A DNA stretch of 64,000 bases, taken from contig OZ281499.1 of NCBI GenBank assembly GCA_965637545.1, forward strand, positions 16,182,001 to 16,246,000. Reading direction: 5' to 3'. This document shows, piece by piece, positions 1 to 13,264 of this stretch. Within the stretch, counting starts at the first letter, position 1. Each line of letters opens with the position of its first letter. The notes beneath the pieces are model-generated. The model saw only the letters and a program-made list of their open reading frames with translations, did not search any database and was not told the DNA's origin. A program made the position numbers and the translations under genes. The stretch is from Phallusia mammillata. Lineage: Eukaryota.

Positions 1-669
1 GGCATAAAGTTGTGTCGTGACAACGATGTTTTTTAATAATCCTTCTTTGCGAGTACAAAAACACTGTACTTAAGACTCAGTGCAAGTTAAAAGGATTTTC
101 GGCGATAAGAAACAGTTTTTCTTCACATCGCCAAAATATTTCAAGCCTTTTGTTCCAGCTACTCCCTTGGGTATCGATGCAGTCAAGTGAAAAAATCATT
201 TGATGTTTGACGCCGTCACAGCTTTTATCGCGGCAATGTTTATGCCGGGATGTCCATCAAACTTATTGTCAGGAATTTAATTTGGGCGCGTCTTTTTTAT
301 TCTCGCTCAAAATCTGTGACGTATTTTCTTTCCCGCGAAAACTTCGAGCACAGCGAGAAAGAAAAAAGGGTTTGTTTTTTTATTACCGATAAAACGGTAT
401 TGTGTCTAAAGCGGATATGGGCTCATGGCGTATTGGAACTTGGAAGCGATGTAGAAAATTGAATTAAGTAGTTAATGCCATTGCCAAGCTTTCACCATCA
501 TCGAATGATAGGGATATACGGACTGTGTTATGGGTAATATTCCATTGAGGCAAGAAAAAAGAAGTACAATAAATGGTAAAGACTGCTGGTGATTTGAGTT
601 TAAATGGAGGGCCTTCGTCAAAAACTGCAATGCAACAACTTCGTAAGTTTGAGTTTTAAAGCTATTTTG

Positions 670-1492
670 CAGGGTTGGGTAACGAGTCCCATCAGTCGAG
701 TCTCAAGTCAAGTCAAGTCAGTAGGGGTTCGAGTCCCAAGTCAAGTCGAGTCAGAAGGGGTTCGAGTCTCAAGTCGAGTCGAGTCATTAGCGGTTCGAGT
801 CTCAAGTCGAGTCAAGTCATTAGCAGTTCGAGTCAAGGCAAGTCACAAAAAGTTTTTGAAAAAAGGTTTAGATAGTTAATCTATTTGAATGTTTCATCGC
901 GCCCTTTTTAACTTAAAACGGACACCGCTTCATTACAATGAACAAATCCTATTAATTCAGAGTAGGGTTGACTTTAATAAATCCTGTTAATTGACACTGA
1001 TTAAACAGTGTGGAAAAGAACGTTAACCTGTTCAAATGAGTTTTTGAAAACCGAAAATTCATATTTTACTGCATGCGCTAGAACGTTTGTTCAGTAATAT
1101 AAGCGCTTAAAGCGAATACTTGGCCTTGGCATGTACTGCATTCGATTACCTTAAAACCCAAGCAATTAGTACAACGCTTAATGTCAGCGTAAGAAAGTTT
1201 AGCAAAATGTAGCAGCGACTTCGTACGTTAAAATTAAGCAAAAATAACTTCGCACCGCACAGTAAATTGCTGCTAATGTTTGGTTGAAGCCAACTGAACA
1301 GGTTATCTATTATAAGAAATTTCCGTTTTGTTGATGAAATAACGAGTCCGAGTCCGAGTCGAGTCTCTACTAAGACGAGTCCAAGTCAAGTCGAGTCATT
1401 CACAACTGAGACTCGAGTCAAGTCAAGTCTTTTGAAAAGGTGACTCGAGTCGGACTCGAGTCGAGTCACTGACTCGAGTCTCCCCATCACTG
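670..1492. mobile_element. non-autonomous hAT-type DNA transposon with (C/A)GAGTC subterminal repeat arrays
   Basis: Imperfect TIRs CAGGGTTGGG... / ...CCCCATCACTG. Perfect 8-bp TSD CTATTTTG at 662-669 and 1493-1500. GAGTC/CAAGTC arrays at ~685-845 and ~1345-1480. The short ORFs listed here are artefacts of these repeats. Confidence 0.9.
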
Positions 1493-2138
1493 CTATTTTG
1501 TAATGGGTAAAACTTGTTTTGTGGGTAAAAAATGCAGAAGTGTTTGTCTTTATTGTGTTTTTTGTTAATTTGAACATGAGTACAATGTTGTTTAGGTTTT
1601 CAAAGAAACGTGTTGTTTATGCGCTAAAACATTACACAAAAGATTGATGGAATTAGACGAAATCACCTCCCCCAAACAGATCCATTTCAACTTGAGAAGA
1701 TCAATAATATAGAGGGGTTTAAATGATAAAGTTTCAGATTGAAAATGAAAAACAGCTAAACCTGATAAGTATTTTTGTTTGCAAGCCAATTACAGAGTGA
1801 TTTGTAATGTTTATAAAAGGTACTTTTGTGTAGTACAATATATTTTAATTAATTCTTAAAAATTTTGTTATAAAACACAATATGACATCTGAAGATGTAT
1901 TTTTTCTCTTTGTTACCCAAATTAGTTTATTGGTAGTCAATATTTGGTCAACTTTAAATGTAGTGGTACCAAACACTGCACAGTATTTCACGAAAGTGTG
2001 TGACTGACTGACTGTGAAACATCATAGACCAACAAATAGGTTTTGGAACAAACTTTTCCATTTTCTAGCGTTTTGTTGCATGTGTCACATATTGTATCTT
2101 ATAGATTTGCTTTTTTTTTTACAAGACCTTTTTTGCAG

Positions 2139-2266
2139 AGGCAGTGCGGGAAATCCATCCAAATGTGCTGGAGATCGCATATACAAAGGAAGTTGGTGAT
2201 TGCTTGAAACATGCGCCCGCTAGAAAAGGAAATCGCTTGTCCTTCAATTCAAGTTCGCCCGCTTGA
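2139..2266 (+). pseudogene. possible terminal exon remnant of a DUF4806/BEN-like protein
   Basis: After acceptor ttttgcag it reads (E)AVREIHPNVLEIAYTKEVGDCLKHAPARKG..., resembling the C-terminal 'W/CLKHAPxR' motif I associate with DUF4806-type proteins. I could not link upstream exons in frame. Confidence 0.3.
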
Positions 2267-3582
2267 ACTTTGCATGTGGGGTTCCAGTAAAACTGGAACA
2301 GTGATGTTGTTCATTTTACTTTACGCGTTCTTTTCATACATATTGGTTTCCTTTCATTAAATATTTTTAATTCGAAGGTGGTGGACTACTGCGATTATTT
2401 GACGTCTTGTACAGACGAAAAAATGGACGTCGATAGGCGAGAACAGGCTTCTTTTGGACATGGGCTTTCGACTAAATATCGACACAGAATAGGCATCCGA
2501 AAGGAGATAAACGAATGAATTTCGATGTCAAATTGACGTCCAGCTAAACACGTCTTAATTTGGGACCGTTATCGACGTCTTTTGCGTTTGCACTTTCGAT
2601 CAAAAATGTACCAATTTGCGACCACTGGTCGTGACCACAATTCGACGTCTATATGACGTACACATGTATGCTGGGTCTTTTTCACAGCGAGAACCCACGT
2701 AAGCACAAAATATAAAACAGTGACGTCATTAATGTTTTTGACTGCTGCTTTGGTGCAATAACATTGCTTTGATCGTACAACTTTGAAAGCAAGGAAAGTT
2801 TCAATATCTTTTGCAAACAGACACGAACCCAAAATGACTTTTTGATCAACACTTATTTTGCATACCAATACGGTGGAAGAGTGAAGGAGCGACCTACTTA
2901 CTGTACTTTCGTTTTGTCTCCCTTTTGATGTGGCCAATCTAGTTCTGACTAGTGTTTAAGTAGAGCCTACAAAATGTCTTGCACCAGCCCTAGTTTTTCC
3001 TCTCCGGGGCCCTGCTTGTAGATCCCCAACAACTTCTAACATCATCCAGTTACACCAGTTTTTTGATACGATCCCTCAGTAATTTTGACTATTTCTAGCA
3101 CTATCGACAGTAGGCAAAAAGTCGTCACCTCTCGCCATCAGGCCTACAACAGAAGGCAATGAGTAAATGACACCATCAAGTCTAGATATTGGGCGTAAAC
3201 TGTCAGACCCCAAAACTGAACTTGCCTACAATTTTCAGCACAGAACGCATACTCCAATTTCAAGACCACTTACACAAATTTACACATATAGGACTGCAAT
3301 CACATACTTCCATCCAAATCGCACTGCAGATCCATTATTTGGGTTGCGTACATATAGTGTCACCAAAACCATCCGCAAAAAGCAAATCACTCTGTACATT
3401 ATAATGTTGTACGACGGAACAGCAGTAACCTACAAAACTTGTAGCCGATATCTGAACAATTAAAGGACGTTTTTTTTGAATTTTGGATTGCACCTGGATT
3501 AGCCGACATTCGTAGCAGCTAATGAACGTGGGGCTTGTTCTTTGTAACACATCCGACATTGTTGACAAAAAGTGGGTGTGCC

Positions 3583-3741
3583 CAGTGGTGGGATTCAGCC
3601 GGTTCTATAGAACCGTCTCAATAAATTTTATGAGATCAGCGAACCGGTTTAAGTTACTGGTTACTGTCCATGGACTTTTTGTAACATACCGGCGGAAAAA
3701 TAGGACTTTTGTGATAGAAAACAAAATGAATTCCAACACTG
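3583..3741 (+). mobile_element. short hAT MITE, family A (CAGTGGTGGGATTCA TIR)
   Basis: TIRs CAGTGGTGGGATTCA / TGAATTCCAACACTG. 8-bp TSD GGTGTGCC at 3575-3582 and 3742-3749. Related copies at 24396 and 38979. Confidence 0.9.
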
Positions 3742-4102
3742 GGTGTGCCACAGCGCTTCCCGAATTACAACAAAACAAAGTTACGTTTTATTGACGAGAC
3801 AACTAAAAAAAACAAGATAAAGCTATTTGGGGAATAATCATAGATGCAAAGTTTTTTTTTTTTAATATGAGAATAAATAGTCTTTGGGCTGACTGTGAAC
3901 GGCGTTTAAATTTATTACAACCTTTGAAAATAACACCACTTCTACTTATTTTTCTGCTTGCACAGAAACGGTTTATTTAAAAAAACAAACAATTGTGCAT
4001 TAAAGGAAGTGGTCCCCAACCTTTTCACAAGAATGACTATTAGATAAAATTGCCAAGTCTACAATTTTCTTTTCTAAAAGGTCTACCACCCTGATGGGAC
4101 TT

Positions 4103-6921
4103 TCATGTGTGGTCGTCGGTGTTTTTCTTTTGGATCAGGCCAGCAAGTCCTACAAAACTATTTTTTACGGTGTTCATCTTCAGTCGCTTAATTGCAAGCT
4201 CATCGGAACTTTTGGGCAAAGACACTCTTCTTTTTGTTCCAACCAATTTGTGTTGAGAACTTGGTGCAATTTTTAGTTCAGTATCAGAGTTACATGTTTT
4301 CTCCATATTGTCTTTGATGGCTTGAAGATCTTTGATTCCTTGTTTCAAAGCTTTTTGAGAAGTAACATGGAATGACATGGTTTTTATATCATCTAATTGG
4401 TCATTGAATTTGCAAATAGTTGCTGGCCTTGGCGCATCTTCATGAGTTATAGCCGCTGACTTTATACATTCTAAAACCAACGAATTAGTGGATGCGGCAA
4501 GCCGACGCTTAGTAATTGCCTTGTAAAAGTGGTTATGTACCACTTTTCTTGGGGGGAAAAATCTTCGATTTGTACGTGATGGAAGTTCCATATCTCTGAA
4601 GAGTTCATGTACGACGAACGATTCTACACCATTTATGACCTCCACCACATTGCATATGCCGAAATTCACCATTTCATAAATTTTTGCGATGATCCTTTTA
4701 TCAACCTTTTGGATTAATCCGGCGGACTGCAGTAATAAAATAACATACGATAAATTGCAACATGTATAACGCATACACAATCATTTTTGATAAGTTTGTG
4801 GAGAGAACAATGACAAGAGGTAAGTCCTTAAAAATACATTACTAAATATGCTCCTGGTACATTTACCTAGCTATTTATGTAAAGTGACAACAAGTCAACA
4901 AAAGTAATAATTTCCATAACATACTTCTCCAAGAACATGACCAGAATGATCATCATTGCTAGGAAATGTAACGCTGCAAGCCCATTCCATGCGAAGAGTC
5001 TCTCTTAAATCTTTATCCTTCAATGCTTTATGAATACTTGCAGCTATCTTTTTTATTTCGTATTGAGAATTTGTGTAAGCCTTGACAAAGCATATTAAAT
5101 AAATGCTGGTATCAAGTCCCCAAGACTGCTCAAGGCACTTTTTGGGAAAAGTACTTACTTTAAATTGGGGAAATCGTAGTATTTCTTGTATACGAATTTT
5201 TGCCCTGCAGTTAACCTTTTTTGTTCCATTATTAAACATCTGATTTGCAGGATAGGGATGGTCAAGCAACTATGAATAACAAAAATACTGTTTTTCAATC
5301 TATTTAGTTAAAGTAGTACGCAAACGCACAAGTAGACCTGCTCGAAAATGAGTGACTCTTGCTTTTCTTTAGGTTTCTTGATACGATCTATTCCATGCTG
5401 ACAATGCAGCCAAGAAGATTGCTTGATGACATACGGAACTAAATTGTCCCAGTGTATACTACCTTTCGATATATCTATGCCAAACAATAGAAATATATTT
5501 TATATTCAACAGCACATAAAATATTGTGTATACCATAGCACTTTTTTGTTCCTACAATAAATTTGGTTAATGTCAAGATTTCAAATTCATCAACTGCTTT
5601 ACGGGCCTCTTCAACTGTAGAAACCCACTAGAAAAACAATATTATTAAAGTTTAGGAAGCTACATAGAAAACTAATAAACATTCAATACCTTTATATTTG
5701 ATTGATCTATTTTATTTATTTGCCCGGGTACTTCTGTTGGTGGTGTCTGTAACAAATAAAAACACAAAGAAAATATTTGTAAAGGAATAAACAAAGTTTT
5801 ATAAAATACTAGGCTTACTAATGTCAATAAAACAATAGTGTTTAATTCTCATTATTAAACAAACCTTTTTGTTTTGAACCCTTAAAAAGTTTACGTAAAA
5901 TGCTGTCTGTTGATTTAGCTTTCCAGTTGAAATCTGTTCCTTGATATGTTTACCTACAACCCAACGCCTGAATTTGGAGTTGTTCTAAGTAAAAGAAGAA
6001 AAGAGATAGCAAAGGCTTGGTTTCAGTAAAATATTGATGTTTAACAACATTTTGAACACTATTTATATGACTCCAACAAAGTACATAACAACCTTTATTA
6101 CAAAAAGTGACATGCTAAAATATGGAAAATCATCACACACATAAACATGAAAAATTAAACTTAAGCTATATTTTTTTAAGTTACAACATGTATTTATTGA
6201 ATATACAGCTTAAATAATCTCAGAAATCAAACAAACTTTATTGCCTTTAATAAAATAGCTTGAAAGACAAGTTTATTTAACCAATGGCCATAACACTTCT
6301 GTTAATGTCACTGTTAAATTTTCATACCTTGAGGGTTGGAAATGTGATAACTTCAACCATAGTAATTACAAAAGAGTGCTGAGGGTCCGCAACTTCCTCT
6401 GGGCTAATGGGTCTCCAGCAATCACTATGAACCATAATATACGGAACATCCGTTTCATTGTTCCAGTATACTTTTATTTTGTCAATGTCTACAAGGATCA
6501 AGTAGAAATATTTGTGGATTAACACATTTGTATAAACTGAGTATCAACTGCAAAAAAGAAGACTAAAAACAGGCCCACCATGTGTTGTTCTTAGAGGCAG
6601 ATGCAGCTTCACACCAAAGGTATCTTCAAATTTCTGAATTGATCTCTTCGCACTTTCTCTAGATTGAAACCACTGCGACCATAAACATATGTTGCTGGTT
6701 AATACATACACATGTACATTCAAGATTGTCATTTTTAATGTATCAAATACAAACCTTTTGGATTTTGTTAGATGTTATAAAATCAAACTCATCCAAGTAA
6801 CTTGAAGTTACAACGCTGCAACAACATAAATTATTTTCACATTTGTTGTACAAAATACTGTAGTACAATAAACATACATGATTTTCGTTTCCTTTGGAGT
6901 TATTCTTACGATCTTCTCCAT
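4103..6921 (-). CDS. calcium-responsive transcription factor (CaRF)-like protein, 11 exons, ~552 aa
   Basis: Manual in-phase GT-AG model: 6921-6878, 6815-6755, 6672-6579, 6488-6328, 5984-5865, 5746-5690, 5627-5534, 5474-5338, 5269-5159, 5080-4925, 4726-4103. CaRF-family motifs: VPY..WLHCQHGIDR, TKKVNCRAKIRIQEILRFPQF, FPSNDDHSGHVLGE-SAGLIQKVDKRIIAKIYEMV, RTNRRFFP..VVHNHFYKA. Confidence 0.75.
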
Positions 6922-8279
6922 GCCTCTTTTGAATTTATTTCAGCTATATTTCCTGTAGTTATTTTACTTTAATGGACCCCAGTATTTTAGTATCTTCTTG
7001 CACTACGTTGACAATCTATGTCCATATAGGGCTGCTTCTGAAAATGCAATACGGCGGTTTTCAGTCTTAGGATGTAATGACGTCACTATCCTATGTAAGT
7101 ACAACCTTTTTTAAAAAACAAAAAGTTATTACGTTTTTTTCACACTTGCAGCAGAGCGCTTGCAGCAACGAGCGTTGCCGCGAAGCATAGCAAGCCAAGT
7201 TTTTTTTCCTGTCCACAACCAGTAAGTCAGTAGTCACGCTTGATTGCGTTACTGTTTACTTTTTTGCCGATTTGGTAGCATGCGCAAAACTTTTTTGCCC
7301 AAAAATACAACAGGAAAAACATAAACTGCAGAAAAACTTTTGCTTCTTATTGAAAAACATATACTTCAAGAAAAATTTCGACACTCTTGAGAAATCCCTA
7401 TCAACATCGAGTCTAATTACGGAAAAGGTCTGCTTGGTTTCTTCACGCTTGAATAAGACTGACACGACGAAAAATATCAACGGCGGTACAAGCAGACTAC
7501 AAAGTCGGGGTTTTCGAAGTAATGTCGATTACTGTTCGCATTTTGTTACTTTTTCTTTTTCGTCACTAGTTTTTGGGTGCTCAGCTCATGAAATGAGACA
7601 CTTTGCTCGGTAAATGAGGCAGTGTTTTTGAAAGGGCTCTGGATATAAGGCAAATTGCTCAGTTAATGAGTCAGCTTGCTCATGGCTTGTTCTGAAATTG
7701 AGGCCGCTTTCCCTGCCAAATGACTCAGGTTTGTCTGAAAATTAAGCAAGTTACACTGGTAAAAATAACTTGCTGTGGTTTAAGACCGCTTGATCGGAAG
7801 GTGAAGAGATTTGTTAGGATTGATGTTGTATGAATCCCGAAACAAGAAAATGGGCGAGAAGGATCAAACGGTCGATACAGAGACTGATTCTCTAAAAAAA
7901 GGTTTTACATGTGTTTTAACGAGGGCGAAACGTAGTTTTTCATTGTATTACCCTTTGAATTAAAGACTTATAAGGAGAAACCCCTTATTCGCCACAACAT
8001 TACCCTAGCTGGCTCTATATGTAAATTTCTTTCCTAATTTATAAATTACGTAGAAGCCAAAACTCTCCACCAGCTTCATTTGTGAAGAGCACCAGACATT
8101 GGCTGCAACTTAATTGGCCTTAACATTATTGCCAGAAAATAATTACGCCGAAATCTGCTTGTCTTCAATCGGAAGCTTGGATCTACAAAAGCAGGAACTT
8201 TATTTGCTATATGACGTGAGTATGTGGATATTTTCGCTATAAATATCGACGACCATTTCAGAGGCACAGACTGCCTTGC

Positions 8280-11200
8280 TTATCCCCTGGAGGAAAAAAT
8301 CAAGGTATTATTCATGATGTCTCCTTTGTCGCCTGGTTTGCTACCGTACAACATGCTTCGCTGGTAGCGCAAAAAACCGCATGTCCACCAGACGATTGAT
8401 GTCCCAAATCTGTTTTCCAGCTCAACAATAAGTGAACCTGCACAGGTAAACATCGCAAGTCAACGTGCATGGTTTTACACATTGCTCATATGCACTGTGT
8501 GTTACTTTGACACATACAAAGTAGGCTACCTATGTACTTTTTTATTGTGTCTGCTTTAAAAGTGTGTTTCAGGGAAAAAATACAAACATTTTGTGACATT
8601 TGGTTTCCACTAGCGTTGTTATTGTACTGCCATCTTTTTTTAGCAAAGTTTGGCACCAGAAAATGCGAAGGGTCGGTTGGATAATGTTAATTGTAAACAT
8701 TTTGATTTACTTAAATTGGTCGATATGTTCGAGTTCAGCAATATTAAAATCCCACCACCACCGTGATGACCAAAATGCAAGAAATTAGCGGTCTTCCTTC
8801 ATCAAATACCCACCCTTTTCAGCCAAGCAACTGATTTGGAGTGGGACGCATTTAAGCGAAAGTCCCATCGTTCGGATCCTGTGTATATCAAACGCAGCCA
8901 CTTGCGGAACGTAAACTCGGTCCGTTTACGCACGTCAGATTACGGACCGTTTTTCGACGCAATACGCAGTCTGTGTAGGACAGCCACTTAAAGCTCTTAT
9001 TAGACAATGTTGATGGCCATACTTACAACGTTAGTATAGTTCATGTGTGGTTTTGGTTGCGGGGAAGTAAAGGTATACTCTTCAAAACCGGATGCAAACA
9101 TTGAGTCAAGTATAAGAATTAATGTACGCTTTAGGAAAGCTGTACTCACTCTATACCTGAATTGTGTTTCATAGTTGAATACATATATGTTTGCAGGGAA
9201 TGAAGTTTTTGAAGATGAGAAGAGACTTTCATTCCAAATGGACACATAATACTTGACTAAAACCAACTCATTTGATCAGAAATGTCTGATTTCTTGTGAA
9301 AGATATTTGTTCTCCAAAACTTCATCCGCATTTAAAATCTGTTTCATGCGGTGCCTATAATAAAAGTCTGGTTTCTGTCGTGCAAATGTTTGGGAACATC
9401 ATCAATTGTGCTTTCTGTAGCCTAATACTTGCAAGCAAATTGGCTTTATACCGGTTACTGTTAAAAAAATGTAGGATGATATTAATAAAGACCTGACAAT
9501 GATTCTTGTATTGGGCGATTTTTCCTTTAGGCTACACTCTTTTCTTGGTTTTATTTGTCAATAGTTTTTTGATCACAGCACGGCCAAACGCATCTTTAAA
9601 GGTGATGAAGTTTATGTTTTACCAAATTAAAATAAAAAATGTAGTAAATGTACCGGTATAAGAAAACTGTACCTCTTTTTCTGCCTACCATGCGAAGGTA
9701 AAACATTTTTGTGAATTTCTGTCTAACAAATACTCCATGCTGTTCAAAAAAGTCCAAATTTATTATTGGGCCCCCCTCAGTTGTTCAGCTTGATCTCTCT
9801 CGAAGGTACACTAGGATGTTTGTTGTGTTGTGCAGTTACATTTTTTTACCCAACATTCCCATACTTGTTCTCGATGGAAATCACAAACAGTTCTCCACAG
9901 TCTGTTTTGGTAGAAATCTTCTGCCTAGTACAATTTTGCATTCAAGAGGTTTCGCTTGAGATGGCTGACGTTTAAATGAAGTTTCAATTGCGTTTATTTC
10001 TGCATTATACTTTTTCTGTCATAAAATGTTTGTATTCCAATCAATTTTATAGCTTCTTGAATATCTTTTGATGTATAGCCTATCCTTTTGTATGATCAAG
10101 GTCCTGATATTCAACATCTGTTTTGAGACATAAAAAATAGGGGAAGTGCATATTTTGTTGTTTCATTAGTGACATCAAAGGGCAATTATTTTGACCAATA
10201 CAAAGAAGAAGGTTCATTGCCATGAAAACTGGTGAGTAAATAGTAGTCTTGCTTCCCTGTTAATCACTGCAAAATTGTCACTTTCAAAGCCTGGATGAAG
10301 ATCACTGCCAATTTTGTAAATTCGGTGGGCCGTAAGAATTTTTCCAATCTTAGATCATCAAATGCAAGTTTTTCTAGTCAATATAGTCTCAAGCTTGTGC
10401 TAAAAAGCGGCCCGTGAAAAAGTATTTTTAATATCTTTGGTGGTAGAAAAGTAGCACCATTTTTTCTGGAGGTGAACCATTTGTTTTAAGGCGTTACTTA
10501 ACTTCAGTCATTAAGTAACCCCATCATAAACGGGCATGTTTGTCAAATTCTGCATACCTGCAACTGGAGAAATTCAAGTCATTAGAAAGTTGCAGTTTTG
10601 TAGTAAAGCCAACCTTTTTGGAAGACTGCAAGCACACATACCGTTTTTTTCAAAAACCGGTCTTGCATCTAAAAACATGTTTTCACTACAAAAATAAACA
10701 TTTTGTTTGTTTTCACTTACCACTGGTATTTCGTCACTTGGCTAATCCCTCTGATAACTTTTGGCATGGTGGCAACTCCACAATGCCATGTGGAAGACTG
10801 TTTAATGATGGAAATGTGAAAAGGACATAACCGAAGATTCCAGTTCGAACTGCCTTTGGAATTGTCGAACAGTTCACAATGAAACGGTTAGAGCAGGGGT
10901 CCCCAACCGGTGGTACGCGTACCACTAGTGGTTTTTTAAGTGGTACGCGAGTAGCTTTCGTTTTTTTCACAAAAATTTGGATTCACAACTTTCTATTTTG
11001 TTTATCTGGTTTTGTTTATAAAAAAAATTCCTCAAGCCTATTCTTATTGTTACGTAACTATTTCTGTTGTTTCGTATCATTACGATCTACAAACTACAGG
11101 TCATGTCAATTGCCAACAAGAAGCACAGTTGCTTTGAAAAGCCGTACAACGCTGTGGGACAGTGGGCGTTGATTACGGCAAATGATTGCTCAGCCAATTG

Positions 11201-11740
11201 GTGGACAGTAAACAAAAGCAAAAATATCATTAAATTTGCTTTAGTGTTATTTTAGTAGGCCAATATTATTATTCTTAATAAAATATGATTCGATTAAATA
11301 AGTTGTTCTGCAAGAAGTGGTACGCGTGGCAGTACAAAGCGTCGAAGTGGTACGAGATCGAAAAAAGGTTGGGAACCCCTGGGTTAGAGGAACTCTACTG
11401 CCCGACACAAGTCAAGCTTTTGTCAGCAAAACAGAAATGTGATCGAACTAAACGACATTACTTGGAAAACAAACCCAGTTTGCCTACTTTGTCGCCTGGC
11501 GCTGTTGGTACTTTCAAGTTGTGTCCGTGTTACTCAAGCCAAGCGTAACGAAACTATTTTACGTAATTGAATTAAGTTATCTATGATTGAACCGATGGCC
11601 ATGGGATTGCTCGATTTCTCAAGAATTTCCAAAGTTTTCTTTAAGCATATTTGTTTAAACAACAAATCAAATGTTTGGGGTGTGCATTTTTCCTGTTGTT
11701 CAACCAGGTTTAGGCCCCAAAAGTCACGGTGATAACGCAA
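8280..11740 (-). pseudogene. possible decayed multi-exon gene, family not recognised
   Basis: Several minus-strand stretches read like protein next to splice-like sites but carry isolated stops or frameshifts. Examples: ...LPPCQKLSEGLAK*RNTS|gtaagt near 10720; DYYLLTSFHGNEPSSLYWSK*LPFDV near 10200; YKRIGYTSKDIQEAIKLIG near 10060; YRVSTAFLKRTLILILDSMF near 9130; SLIVELENRFGTSIVWWTCGFLRY near 8430. A MITE interrupts the region. No coherent ORF. Confidence 0.2.
10894..11381. mobile_element. hAT (Buster/Charlie-like) MITE
   Basis: TIRs CAGGGGTCCCCAACC / GGTTGGGAACCCCTG. 8-bp TSD GGTTAGAG at 10886-10893 and 11382-11389. Confidence 0.92.
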
Positions 11741-11873
11741 CCAAGCGTGACTATAAGGCTCATTAGCTGAGTCTCATTGCTGCAGCATGCAAGCATAGTA
11801 GAGTATACTTATTTAAAGGCAGTTGTTGAAATATCGTTTGCACAAACTACGAAAGTTACCGTTGTAAACTATT

Positions 11874-13124
11874 ATGAATGATGACTGTGCAACATACAAT
11901 GAAAGCAATTTTGACCGGTTGCCATCTCAAAGCAACATATACGGAGTTACATGTATTGAAGGCCTCCACAATACACACAACACAATTTTGGTGGCTCTGA
12001 CGAAGGGAAAAATATATTCATGCAAATATTTTAAAACAAGCAACTTTCCTGACATACAAGGCATCAGCAAAGAAGTTTCTTTTACATATATTCCTGGAAA
12101 ATGCTGTATTATTTCAATTGACAGTTTTGCTTGTGCTGCAAGAGGTCTTATTATAGGTGTTACATTCCGTAATGAATCAAATGAACATTTTCTTAACATT
12201 TACTGCAATTATGGCGATGATCTGTGCTTTGGTCAGGAATGGATTTTGGACAATGTGGCACAAAACTGTAGAAGCTATGATTTAAGTTTCACCCCATATC
12301 AACTGACACACTGTAAAGTCGAGTGTCCTTATGATAAGCTGCAAAGAACAGTGTTTATTTTGGCAGGTGGAGACAAAAGCTTTCATGTGTATGCGCAAAG
12401 AAAAAATGAGGCTGTATTTTCTGAAGTAAACGCAGAAGAATATTTTACCGAGCTGGGTAAAGTACCTGAAATACCAACTTACCTTGAAATTTGCAATGTG
12501 AACGAGAACAGGAGAATAACAGTCATTGGGTGTGAAAATGGTGCGATTCAGGCATTTTTAGTAAACAGTCATGCTAACACTATTGAAGCGTCTTGGACAA
12601 TTGAACATGATAGCCCAATATCACAAATACAGTTAATGCTGATTCCTTCAAATGCTGGTAATGGCGTTGTAAATTACTTTACAAACTGGGAGGGCAAAGT
12701 GGTAGATGTTCATGTTTGTGTTGTGAGCTCATGTGAATCTACCATGTTGTACCGTAATCTTCCACAGCAAGGGTTTAACAATCCCACTGTGTTTGCTAAC
12801 AGTTCTTCATACGATGTAGTTACATCATGTGCACTAGCTAAAAATCACATCTTTGGACGCTATGAGATACTAATTGGGACATATGGTCAAAAACTGCTCG
12901 CATACAATATGGACAACTTGCCAAATGAGGCATACTCTTCTGTTTCACCTTGTTGGTCACGAGGACTGGCTCATCCAATACTCAAAGTTAAACTGCTTGA
13001 TATGACTGGCGATGGTATAAAGGAGATGATGGTTTTAACAACTAGTGGTGTACATGTTTTTCAATTTAATATAGGAAGCGTCTTAAACAAAATTAAGTCT
13101 AAACTTAACATGAAATCATCGTAA
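11874..13124 (+). CDS. KPTN: kaptin (KICSTOR complex subunit), single-exon CDS, 416 aa
   Basis: Continuous ORF with kaptin motifs: LPSQSNIYG, KEVSFTYIPGKCCIISIDSF, GLIIGVTF, FLNIY, DNVAQNC..LSFTPYQLTH, VFILAGGDKSFHVY, SSSYDVVTSC, EILIGTYGQKLLAY, DMTGDGIKEMMVLTTSGVHVFQ. Confidence 0.93.
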   Translation: MNDDCATYNESNFDRLPSQSNIYGVTCIEGLHNTHNTILVALTKGKIYSCKYFKTSNFPDIQGISKEVSFTYIPGKCCIISIDSFACAARGLIIGVTFRNESNEHFLNIYCNYGDDLCFGQEWILDNVAQNCRSYDLSFTPYQLTHCKVECPYDKLQRTVFILAGGDKSFHVYAQRKNEAVFSEVNAEEYFTELGKVPEIPTYLEICNVNENRRITVIGCENGAIQAFLVNSHANTIEASWTIEHDSPISQIQLMLIPSNAGNGVVNYFTNWEGKVVDVHVCVVSSCESTMLYRNLPQQGFNNPTVFANSSSYDVVTSCALAKNHIFGRYEILIGTYGQKLLAYNMDNLPNEAYSSVSPCWSRGLAHPILKVKLLDMTGDGIKEMMVLTTSGVHVFQFNIGSVLNKIKSKLNMKSS

Positions 13125-13264
13125 CACCTTTTACTTTGCTGTGTGTATTTTAGCTACATATTAAAAACAGAAATAGTGTAAAATTGTGGTTTAGTAACTT
13201 TTGAAAATACCTAAAAAGCTATGTACAAGAGTTTTTTTAACAGCATTCAATTTTTTATTATAAT

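Noticed and set aside
604-879. ORFs with SSQV/SSRV repeats
   Set aside because: Translations of the GAGTC subterminal arrays of the 670-1492 hAT element.
7078-7727. CRE (TGACGTCA) and AP-1/ARE-like motifs upstream of the CaRF-like gene
   Set aside because: TGACGTCA recurs many times across the window, including inside repeats; function cannot be supported from sequence alone.
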